Source of the DNA: Macrostomum lignano
Taxonomy: Eukaryota
Assembly: GCA_002269645.1 (NCBI GenBank)
Contig: NIVC01001958.1
Coordinates: 28,749-92,748 of the forward strand
Direction of reading: 5' to 3'
Length of the DNA stretch: 64,000 bases
Shown: piece by piece, positions 36,743 through 46,600 of the stretch
How positions within the stretch are numbered: position 1 is the first letter of the stretch
Layout: the number at the start of each line of letters is the position of its first letter
Position numbers and translations under genes: made by a program
The notes under the pieces: model-generated
What the model was told of the DNA's origin: nothing
The model's database searches: none
What the model saw: the letters and a program-made list of their open reading frames with translations, nothing else

Positions 36743-36840
36743 TGCAGGTGGCGGCTTCTGTACACGAGGAGGAAGCCTCAAAGGTGTCTGAGGATTCGTC
36801 AAACTCGGCCGGCGAAAGCCCAGAAGTGATGGGAAACTAA
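20732..36840 (+). CDS. GPR158-like: GPR158/GPR179-like class C orphan GPCR: signal peptide, Cache-type ectodomain, Cys-rich stalk, 7TM, C-terminal coiled coil, poly-Q tail; 829 aa
   Basis: Exons 20732-21289, 21668-22002, 23877-23991, 24579-24899, 25738-25916, 26606-26886, 27366-27504, 28171-28276, 28786-28956, 30082-30194, 36669-36840; all GT-AG with consistent phases; 2490 nt. Family motifs GFWNPPVFVC..W..SYAVPF, FDINELEVNQC, ILLELFLLG..MLY, REIGFAVTYGTLVVKIYRIL, FQSRKAH, AAWT, TVTVT..L..P, MNPEDIRAELKRLYTQLEI..K, NPHI..RK, HRRFSLQ. Confidence 0.93.
21355..21620. repeat. 16-17-bp minisatellite (GAGATTCACGATCCCC), GPCR intron 1
   Basis: Same unit as the array in intron 2. Confidence 0.92.
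22045..22820. repeat. GAGATTCACGATCCCC-family minisatellite with CACTATTCTCTA variants, GPCR intron 2
   Basis: Direct tandem units with mixed higher-order pattern. Confidence 0.92.
23395..23800. repeat. CT-rich repeat (CTCTACTCTCCCT-like), GPCR intron 2
   Basis: Pyrimidine-rich periodic tract. Confidence 0.85.
24262..24560. repeat. 18-24-bp minisatellite (CCATCAGATAGTCTAGTCTCACC), GPCR intron 3
   Basis: Direct tandem units ending about 18 nt before the acceptor at 24578. Confidence 0.9.
24925..25560. repeat. 21-bp minisatellite (GAGTGACCAACTCGCTAGCCT), GPCR intron 4
   Basis: About 19 near-perfect units, then degenerate; in frame with exon 4. Confidence 0.96.
25921..26525. repeat. 23-bp minisatellite (GTCACTCTATAGACACCGCTCAT), GPCR intron 5
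   Basis: Direct tandem units starting immediately after the donor; each has the palindrome TCTATAGA. Confidence 0.94.
26903..27250. repeat. 14-bp G-tract minisatellite (GGGATTCGGGACTT), GPCR intron 6
   Basis: About 25 units; a GGG run every 7 nt. Confidence 0.96.
27575..28100. repeat. Short 43-bp tandem repeat interrupted by a SINE, GPCR intron 7
   Basis: 43-bp period (27601 versus 27644); the unit resumes at 28078 after the SINE. Confidence 0.8.
27716..28077 (-). mobile_element. tRNA-derived SINE, full-length young copy
   Basis: Highly similar to copies at 30-400 and 32909-33267; 13-bp TSD TTTATCGTGTCTT at 27703-27715 and 28078-28090. Confidence 0.9.
29075..30055. repeat. 22-bp minisatellite (ATTCTGAACCAATACCTGAACC/TC), GPCR intron 9
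   Basis: About 44 units, each with CCAAT; ends about 25 nt before the acceptor at 30081. Confidence 0.96.
30400..30720. repeat. 15/30-bp minisatellite (CACAGGTGAGGTGGT / CACAGATGATGTAGTCACAAGTGAGGTGGT), GPCR intron 10
   Basis: Direct tandem units. Confidence 0.88.
31459..31632. repeat. 14-bp minisatellite (AGATCATAGATCCC), GPCR intron 10
   Basis: About 12 near-perfect units. Confidence 0.95.
32290..32815. repeat. 15-bp minisatellite (CACCAGGGGCACCAG / GGGGCTTTAG variants), GPCR intron 10
   Basis: Direct tandem units; source of the LVPLV ORF. Confidence 0.93.
32909..33267 (+). mobile_element. tRNA-derived SINE, full-length young copy (reference orientation)
   Basis: Pol III A box TAGCCCAGCGG (32918-32928) and B box GGCTCGATTCC (32961-32971); no tRNA acceptor-stem closure; A-rich tail; 13-bp TSD AACCTAAACCCAA at 32894-32906 and 33268-33280. 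Confidence 0.92.
33867..34269. mobile_element. MITE / non-autonomous DNA transposon, about 400 bp
   Basis: Terminal inverted TAGATGGGCCA(A/C)TCAG; perfect 18-bp subterminal inverted repeat CTACTTTCAGTTCAGTAG (33899-33916 and 34212-34229); the outer TA may be the TSD; no ORF. Confidence 0.75.
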
Positions 36841-37685
36841 CCAGCTAATCGTATAATTCCACTGCAGTTTATCGAGCTTAACTTTTAACATACTACTAAC
36901 GAGAAGTAGGGAAAGATGAAGAATATAAAAATGTCTTGTTTTTGTTTTTTGATTGAGTTTTGTAATCGAGACTTGTTTTCAACTATAGTATATGCGTGTT
37001 CCTTTGTCCCTGCTATTACCTGCCCAAAATCAGATGTCGCGCATCCGCGCTTTATGATTGCTACTTTAAGTAGCTCTGCATGGTTTTAATTCCAAGAGAT
37101 TGACGGAAAAAAATAAGCGTTTTAGAAACGAGTTTGCAGGCTTTGTTTGTCTCACTTGAATTTTGATGCGCTGAATAAATTGCACACTACTTCTTAATTA
37201 TAAAGTTTGCAATTAGCTGCGCAAAATTTACATACTCAGCTAGTAAACTTTTGAGAAAGTTCTCGCTCTATCCATTCTATAATGCTGTGTGTAAACAGCA
37301 AACTGACAAACATTCCATCCGCAATGCTAAAGTCTCGAAATAGCCGAATAAAAACACTTGCTAGGTACAAGCTAAATTTAAACACAATGCGCTCGGACAA
37401 TGTGATGGCCGGCCTAAAGTTGGACATTGTCTAGAGAATAGAAAAATTACTTGGGTGAGAAGAGTATTGAGCACGGAGTACGGTGTACCCTCACCCGAGT
37501 ACGTACAGTATAGCTTGTTCAAGTTAGCATATACGAACGCGTACGTATAATTCAACGAGAAGGTAATTTAAATTCTGCATAAATTCCGGGACGAGGCTGA
37601 GACGAGACGAAAATATAATAAGCATAAGAATTTCATTTGCAGCTATTGACAGAACTAACTTTTCCAGTTTTTTTTTCAACTGCTA

Positions 37686-40600
37686 ATGACAAATATTTGG
37701 CGCATTCGAGCGGTAGAATTTAAAGCAGGTAACTTGTAACTTCGTAATAATTATTTGTGTAGTTCTTCTGCAGGCTGGGCACCTTGGCTTTATACTGTCA
37801 CCCTTTGATCTTGGTTTGATACCGCCACTCTTTGATCTTGGTTTGATACCGCCACTCTTTGATCTTGGTTTGATACCACCACTCTTTGATCTTGGCTTGA
37901 TACAGCCACTCTTTGATCTTGGTTTGATACCGCCACTCTTTGATCTTGGTTTGATACCGCCACTCTTTGATCTGGGCTTGACACCGCCTGCACCCTTTGA
38001 TCTTGGTTTGATACCGCCACTCTTTGATCTTGGTTTGATACCGCCACTCTTTGATCTTGGCTTGACACCGCCTGCACCCTTTGATCTTGGTTTGATACCG
38101 CCACTCTTTGATCTTGGTTTGATACCGCCACTCTTTGATCTTGGCTTGACAACGCCACTCTTTGATCTTGGTTTGATACCGCCACTCTTTGATCTTGGTT
38201 TGATACCGCCACTCTTTGATCTTGGTTTGATACCGCCACTCTTTGATCTTGGTTTGATACCGCCACTCTTTGATCTTGGCTTGATACCGCCACTCTTTGA
38301 TCTTGGCTTGACACCGCCTGCACCCTTTGATCTTGGTTTGATACCGCCACTCTTTGATCTTGGTTTGATACCGCCACTCTTTGATCTTGGTTTGATACCG
38401 CCACTCTTTGATCTTGGCTTGATACCGCCTGCACCCTTTGATCTTGGTTTGATACCGCCACACTTTGATCTTGGTTTGATACCGCCACCCTTTGATCTTG
38501 GCTTGGCTTAATACCGCCACTCTTTGATCTTTGCTTGATACCGCCACTCTTTGATCTTGGATTGACACCGCCACTCTTTGATCTTATTTTGATATCAATC
38601 ATAGCCACTACTCCCAGCCCTGAAATTTCCAATCCTCATCAGCGCTCGCAGTCCTGATAGTTTTCACTCTGTTCGCGAAATTCGGCCACACGGAGGAGGC
38701 GATTCCACGGCTGAACCTTCCGTACAGAGGCGCCAGCCTCCAGCTGATGCAGCTGGCCTCCGGGCAGACATTTGTTGAGCCTCTAGTTGCCTTCGAATCC
38801 AACGGGGCTTGCCTAGCAACCATCTACTATGACTATCTGACTGGCGGCTACTCTCTGACGCTACCCCTGGTGATTGACTCAACAGCCGGACATCCCGGTG
38901 CGACGCCGTTTGTGCTGCGCGAGCTCCGCATCCAGGTGAGCTGGAGCAGCATTTGCTGATGCGCAACGGAGCTGGGGGCATTTCGGTGAGGTGTTTGTTC
39001 TATTTTAACCTTAGGTCAAACACGAGGTCAGAGTCATCCGAATCATATATTTAACAAGGAAGGTAATAAGAGCGTAAGGAAGTAATACTCGTAATAAGTC
39101 CACCCCAGAGCAAGGATCGAAGAGCACACAGCATTCTCACCTGGTGCGCAACGAACCTAATTAATGATAGTGAGTGGTAGTGGGTGGTAGTGGGAGATAG
39201 TGGGTGGTAGTGGATGGTAGTGGGTGGTAGTGGGTGGTAGTGGGTGGTAGTGGGTGGTAGTGGGTGGTAGTGTGTGGTAGTGGATGGTAGTGGGTGTTAG
39301 TGGGTGGTAGTGAGAGGGTGGTAGTGAGAGGGTGGTAGTGGGTGGTAGTGGGTGGTAGTGGGTGGTAGTGGGTGGTAGTGGGTGGTAGTGGGTGGTAGTG
39401 GGTGGTAGTGGGTGGTAGTGGGTGGTAGTGGGTGGTAGTGGGTGGTAGTGGATGGTAGTGGGTGTTAGTGGGTTGGTAGTGAGTGGTAGTGAGTGGTAGT
39501 GGGTGGTAGTGGGTGGTAGTTGGTGGTAGTGGGTGTTAGTGGGTGGTAGTGAGAGGGCGGTAGTGAGTGGGTGGTAGTTGGTGGTAGTGGGTGGTAGTGG
39601 GTGGTAGTGGGTGGTAGTGGGTGGTAGTGGGTGGTAGTGGGTGGTAGTGGGTGGCAGTTGGTGGTAGTGGGTGGCAGTGGGTGGTAGTGGGTGGTAGTGG
39701 GTGGTAGTGGGTGGCAGTTGGTGGTAGTGGGTGGCAGTGGGTGGTAGTGGGTGGTATAGTGGGTGGCAGTGATCGAGTGGTAACGAGGCAGAGTAAACGC
39801 GTCCGACTCTCGCGCTGTGTGCGGCCACAGTAATTTGAGGTTGTGCTAATTAAAATTGGCCGGGAGTTGCCGTGCGATTCGCACCCATGAGGACCAACCC
39901 CAAGGCACAAAGAGTGTACATGCCAGACGATTAGAAAGTCAGGGCCGCTTTGCACCCTGTGTGAGCGCGTGTATGACTGCGGGCTACCGGAAATTCCACC
40001 CAGCTCTTTCGGTTCGATCACCATGTCGATCAACGCCGGGGAAACGCCGGATCCGGAATGGAAATGCCGGAGGGTTAGCGTGCGTGCCTGTGTGCAGTAT
40101 CCGCACGCTTTGGGGCGCCGCTGGCTACTCAAGCAACACTTGATCAAGTAAATTTATAGGCTGCGCACTGGGAATCCAGCTCTCTAGCCGTCCACATCCT
40201 TCCCCCCCCCTCTGCACCCAGGCGACGCTGATCGAAGGCAGCGACGTGCGCGCGGCCTGCCGCCTGGCGGATGGAGCCGGCAGCGGCGCCCGTCTCCGCC
40301 TACTCTGTCCGAGCTGGGAGCGCTGCGAGCAAATCCGCTGGACTCTGGTGGCCGACCCGGCTGCTCTGTCCGATTTCCTACAGCTGAGCATTGTAGGCGG
40401 AGTGGCCGATAAGCTTGTCTCGCTCGGCCACAGGCCGGTGCGCGTGCTCACCACCTTGCCAGGCGTGGCGACGGCCTGCGGACCGACCTGGACCGTCTTC
40501 CAACAGCGGCGAGACAGTTCCCTGTCATTCCGGCAGAACTGGGCCACCTACGTCCGGGGATTCGGGAATGCGGACTCCAACTATTGGATGGGTGCGTCAG

Positions 40601-41351
40601 CTTGAGTGCTCTTAGGGAGCAGCAGGGCGGCTTAGCGGTGAACGCGTCTGAATCGCGCGCCCTGACCCCGTGGTTCTCATGCATTTGGGGCTTGAGTGCA
40701 TGAAAATTGGCTCTGGGGGTTGTCGTGTGCGATTCACAGCCATGAGGGTCAGACTATTGAACGATTGTGCCTAACGATTAGAAATTCAGGGGCCGCCGTA
40801 CACCCTGTGTGAGCGAGAGTGCATGAGTGCTGTGCCTGCGTACGTCAGCGCTGGTTGTGAGACGATGTCACCGAATGGGTTGCGAAAGGGTGTCCCCCGG
40901 CCGTCCCGCAGGCCTGCAGCAGCTGAGCGCCCGCACGGTGGGCAGCCTGTTCTACGCAAACTGCCGACTCCGAATCGAAGTGCTGACCGTGTCGGGCCAG
41001 CCGCTGTGGGGCGAATGGTCCGGCTTTAAAGTGCAGCCGGCAAACGACAGCTACAGGCTGAACGTGACGGGACCGGACAGCGCGGGCAGCCTGGACCCCG
41101 GCAGGACGCTGGTCAACGAGAACAACGCCATGTTTAGCACCTTCGACGCTGGCGGCTCCCCGGCCGGCACCCTGTGCTCCAGGCAGCACGCCGGTGCTGG
41201 CTGGTGGTTCAACACCTGCTTCTCCATCCTGCTCAACGGCCTGTTTGCCGACAGTCCGGTGCCAGACGACCGGCACAACGTTAATCACGTGCACCTGTTC
41301 GGCACCTGGACACAGATTTCCACATCGAAGATGATGTTCAAGTGTATCTGA
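37686..41351 (+). CDS. Secreted fibrinogen-related domain (FReD/FBG) protein with an unrecognised N-terminal region of about 170 aa; about 381 aa
   Basis: Exons 37686-37728 (least certain), 38643-38935, 40222-40591, 40912-41351; phases 1,0,1; 1146 nt. Signal-like AALAVLIVFTLFA. FBG motifs WTVFQQRRDSSLSFRQNWATYVRGFG..NYWMGL, LRIEV, FKV..ANDSYRL, MFSTFD, GAGWWFNTC..LNG. AATAAA at 41537-41542. Confidence 0.85.
37795..38590. repeat. 27/30-bp minisatellite (GATCTTGGTTTGATACCGCCACTCTTT), FReD intron 1
   Basis: Direct tandem units with periodic 30-bp variants. Confidence 0.95.
39165..39770. repeat. 10-bp G-rich minisatellite (GGGTGGTAGT), FReD intron 2
   Basis: About 60 units. Confidence 0.95.
39765..40120 (+). 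mobile_element. Older, diverged copy of the SINE family with an extra insert of about 100 nt
   Basis: Degenerate A/B boxes (TGATCGAGTGG, GTCCGACTC); homology to the SINE core CCAACCCCAAGGC..GTGTACATGCC..AGGGCCGC..TGTGTGAG..GTGCCTG..GTATCCGC. Confidence 0.65.
40626..40850 (+). mobile_element. Older, diverged SINE copy, FReD intron 3
   Basis: GGCTTAGCGGT head; core GCCTAACGATTAGAAATTCAGGGGCCGCCGTACACCCTGTGTGAG..GTGCCTGCGTACGT matches the SINE. Confidence 0.6.
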
Positions 41352-41639
41352 CAGCAGTAACAAGGGCGGAACAATTTCAGTTATTTGGCCCGGCTAAATA
41401 AGAATGCCTATCAATTAAAACTTTCTGGCCTTCTAAACTTTGAAACAGATTGTTCTTTTCCAAAAGTTGTCTGCGGCACCAAACCGTTTGATGTGACGCA
41501 ACCTGCACAAACTTATACTGTAGAAAATGAGACAATAATAAAGAGCTGGTTGAATATTTGACTTAGGTTGAGTTTGCTTAAATTGAACTAGTGTCTGCGG
41601 CACAAGGCCAAAAAAGTTTATTTACATTCAGTGTCGCGG

Positions 41640-42410
41640 TTGGGTTGGGCGCGGAAAAGCAGGGGGTTGGGTGCAGAAAAGCAGGGGGTTGGGCGCAGAA
41701 AAGCAGGGGGTTGGGCGCAGAAAAGCAGGGGGTTGGGTGCAGAAAAGCAGGGGGTTGGGCGCGGAAAAGCAGGGGGTTGGGTGCAGAAAAGCATCGGGTT
41801 GGGTGCAGAAAAGGAGGGGTGGGTTGGGTGCAGAAAAGGAGGGGTGGGTTGAGTGCAGAAAAGGAGGGGTGGATTGGGTGCAGAAAAGGAGGGGTGGGTT
41901 GGGTGCAGAAAAGGAGGGGTGGGTTGGGTGCAGAAAAGCAGGGGTTGGGTGCAGAAAAGGAGGGGTGGGTTGGGTGCAGAAAAGGAGGGGTGGGTTGGGT
42001 GCAGAAAAGGAGGGGTGGGTTGGTGCAGAAAAGGAGGGGTGGGTTGGGTGCAGAAAAGCAGGGGGTTGGGTGCAGAAAAGGAGGGGTGGGTTGGGTGCAG
42101 AAAAGGAGGGGTGGGTTGGGTGCAGAAAAGGAGGGTGGGTTGGTGCAGAAAAGGAGGGGTGGGTTGGGTGCAGAAAAGGAGGGGGGTTGGGTGCAGAAAA
42201 GCAGGGGGTTGGGTGCAGAAAAGGAGGGGTGGGTTGGGTGCAGATAATCAAGGGTGGGTTAGGCGCAGATAAGGGAGGAGTGGGTTGGGAGCAGATAATT
42301 AAGGGTGGGTTAGGCGCAGATAAGGAGGAGTGGGTTGGGAGCAGATAATTAAGGGTGGGTTAGGCGCAGATAAGGAGGAGTGGGTTGGGAGCAGATAATT
42401 AAGGGTGGGT
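41640..42410. repeat. 22-25-bp G-rich minisatellite (GGGTTGGGTGCAGAAAAGGAGGGGT), shifting to a longer unit at its 3' end
   Basis: Direct tandem units just downstream of the FReD poly(A) signal. Confidence 0.93.
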
Positions 42411-42729
42411 TCTTCACACCCTACACCTTTAGTGCATGCAAATCAGGTCTGTGTATTTTTTTATAGATTTGACGTGTTGGAGTCCTTTGGCAATTCACCT
42501 TACTTGAAGTAGAAATTTAGGGCCAATGTCTGCCGTCTCTATTATTACTTACTTAGACATAATTTAGCACTTTATGATTACTAATTTATTACTTAGTTCG
42601 TCCTTGATTTAACTTTAACTGTCTGCTATGCGACGCTCTGCCATCGGGGCGGAATTCGTCCGCTCTCAGGCTCTGCGACGCGCCATCAGAAGCGCCCTGC
42701 TCTAACCTTGCATGCGGGACTGCGTATCT

Positions 42730-42745
42730 TATTGTTGTTGTTGTT

Positions 42746-42776
<31 letters not shown>

Positions 42777-42854
42777 TTTTTTGTTTTTGTTGTTGCTGTT
42801 TTTGTTGTTGTTGTTGTTGTTGCTGTTGTTGTTTTTTTTTGTTTTTGTTATTGC

Positions 42855-42894
<40 letters not shown>

Positions 42895-43022
42895 GCTGTT
42901 GTTGTTGTTGTTTTTTGTTTTTGTTATTGCTGTTGTTGTTGTTGTTGCTGTTGTTGTTGTTGTTTTTTGTTTTTGCTGTTGCTGTTGTTGTTGTTGTTGT
43001 TGTTTTTTGTTTTTGCTGTTGC

Positions 43023-43056
<34 letters not shown>

Positions 43057-43058
43057 GA
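42730..43058. repeat. (TTG)n microsatellite
   Basis: Directly visible. Confidence 0.96.
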
Positions 43059-43616
43059 TTAAATTTTAAATTGTTGTCATGAGCCAAATGTGACGGGAGT
43101 TTTGCATCCCTCCTAGCAATATCCCAGTGATGCCAATCAAATGCCACCATTTGATTGACGCGCGATCTCACTGAGTCTTCTGCTTTCTCGCTCAGCGATT
43201 AAGTAATTTGGTCTGGTTGGCCAAGCTATACTGGGGAAATTGGAAGTCTGCCAATGCCCCCCCCGCCTTGCCCTTAGATAAATATTTTAAGAGCAGGAAA
43301 ACGCGAAATCATGTGTCAAATATACCTGTATCTGCATTATTATGATTGACTGTAAACTAAAAAAAATATATATCCATATGAAACGAGTTTAGTGCTAGAA
43401 TGACAGCTCATGACAGCTTGGCTTTGTGTGTACGCAAAACTATCATTTCAAATAAAATATGAGGCGCGAAGGCTCCTACCCGTACCGTCAGAGACCATCA
43501 AGAAATTAATATCCTTGTTTTTCTCGATTGCAATGAAAAAATTCGCATGCAGAAAAATTGTAATGTCAGATTTAAAGCGGGCATTTTAATGTAAATCTAT
43601 GTTCAGTGTTTTGGCG

Positions 43617-46600
43617 CTGACACATGCGCGCAGATTGATTGACACACACTGACACATTCGCGCAGTTTGATTTGACACACTGACACATTCGCGCAGATTG
43701 ATTGACACACACTGACACATGCGCGCAGATTGATTGACACACACTGACACATGCGCGCAGATTGATTGACACACACTGACACATGCGCGCAGATTGATTG
43801 ACATGCACTGACACATGCGCGCAGATTGATTGACACACACTGATACATGCGCGCAGATTGAATGACATGCACTGACACATGTGCGCAGATTGATTGACAC
43901 GCACTGACACATACATGCGCGCAGTTTGATTGACACGCACTGACACATACATGCGCGCAGATTGATTGACACGCACTGACACATACATGCGCGCAGTTTG
44001 ATTGACACGCACTGACACATACATGCGCGCAGATTGATTGACACGCACTGACTCATACATGCGCGCAGACTGATTGACACGCACTGACACATACATGCGC
44101 GCAGATTGATTGACACGCACTGACACATGCGCGCAGTTTGATTGACACGCACTGACACATGCGCGCAGACTGATTGACACACACTGACACATGCGCGCAG
44201 ATTGATTGACACACACTGACACATGCGCGCAGTTTGATTGACACACACTGACACATGCGCGCAGATTGATTGACACACACTGACACATGCGCGCAGATTG
44301 ATTGACACACACTGATACATGCGCGCAGATTGATTGACACACACTGACACATGCGCGCAGATTGAATGACATGCACTGACACATGCGCGCAGATTGATTG
44401 ACACACACTGACACATGTGCGCAGATTGATTGACACGCACTGACTCATACATGCGCGCAGTTTGATTGACACGCACTGACACATACATGCGCGCAGATTG
44501 ATTGACACGCACTGACACATACATGCGCGCAGTTTGATTGACACGCACTGACACATACATGCGCGCAGTTTGATTGACACGCACTGACACATACATGCGC
44601 GCAGTTTGATTGACACGCACTGACACATACATGCGCGCAGTTTGATTGACACGCACTGACACATACATGCGCGCAGATTGATTGACACACACTGACAAAT
44701 GCGCGCAGACTGATTGACACACACTGACACATACATGCGCGCAGACTGATTGACACGCACTGACACATACATGCGCGCAGACTGATTGACACGCACTGAC
44801 ACATACATGCGCGCAGATTGATTGACACGCACTGACACATACATGCGCGCAGACTGATTGACACGCACTGACACATACATGCGCGCAGACTGATTGACAG
44901 GCACTGACACATACATGCGCGCAGACTGATTGACACGCACTGACACATACATGCGCGCAGATTGATTGACACGCACTGACACATACATGCGCGCAGATTG
45001 ATTGACACGCACTGACACATACATGCGCGCAGACTGATTGACACGCACTGACACATACATGCGCGCAGATTGATTGACACGCACTGACACATACATGCGC
45101 GCAGATTGATTGACACGCACTGACTCATACATGCGCGCAGACTGATTGACACGCACTGACACATACATGCGCGCAGATTGATTGACACGCACTGACACAT
45201 GCGCGCAGTTTGATTGACACGCACTGACACATGCGCGCAGACTGATTGACACACACTGACACATGCGCGCAGATTGATTGACACACACTGACACATGCGC
45301 GCAGATTGATTGACACACACTGACACATGCGCGCAGATTGATTGACACACACTGACACATGCGCGCAGATTGATTGACACACACTGACACATGCGCGCAG
45401 ATTGATTGACACACACTGATACATGCGCGCAGATTGATTGACACACACTGACACATGCGCGCAGATTGATTGACACGCACTGACACATACATGCGCGCAG
45501 ATTGATTGACACGCACTGACACATACATGCGCGCAGTTTGATTGACACGCACTGACACATGCGCGCAGACTGATTGACACACACTGACACATGCGCGCAG
45601 ATTGATTGACACACACTGACACATGCGCGCAGATTGATTGACACACACTGACACATGCGCGCAGATTGATTGACACACACTGACACATGCGCGCAGATTG
45701 ATTGACACACACTGATACATGCGCGCAGATTGATTGACACACACTGATACATGCGCGCAGATTGATTGACACACACTGACACATGCGCGCAGATTGAATG
45801 ACATGCACTGACACATGCGCGCAGATTGATTGACACACACTGACACATGTGCGCAGATTGATTGACACGCACTGACACATACATGCGCGCAGTTTGATTG
45901 ACACGCACTGACACATACATGCGCGCAGATTGATTGACACGCACTGACACATACATGCGCGCAGTTTGATTGACACGCACTGACACATACATGCGCGCAG
46001 ATTGCTTGACACACACTGACAAATGCGCGCAGACTGATTGACACACACTGACACATACATGCGCGCAGACTGATTGACACGCACTGACACATACATGCGC
46101 GCAGATTGATTGACACGCACTGACACATACATGCGCGCAGATTGATTGACACGCACTGACACATACATGCGCGCAGTTTGATTGACACGCACTGACACAT
46201 ACATGCGCGCAGTTTGATTGACACGCACTGACACATACATGCGCGCAGATTGATTGACACACACTGACAAATGCGCGCAGACTGATTGACACGCACTGAC
46301 ACATACATGCGCGCAGATTGATTGACACGCACTGACACATACATGCGCGCAGACTGATTGACACGCACTGACACATACATGCGCGCAGATTGATTGACAC
46401 GCACTGACACATACATGCGCGCAGACTGATTGACACGCACTGACACATACATGCGCGCAGACTGATTGACACGCACTGACACATACATGCGCGCAGACTG
46501 ATTGACACGCACTGACACATACATGCGCGCAGACTGATTGACACGCACTGACACATACATGCGCGCAGATTGATTGACACGCACTGACACATACATGCGC

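Noticed and set aside
42848-43171. Minus-strand poly-Q/T/N ORF
   Set aside because: Simple translation of the (TTG)n microsatellite; the unique part is short and has no coding signature.
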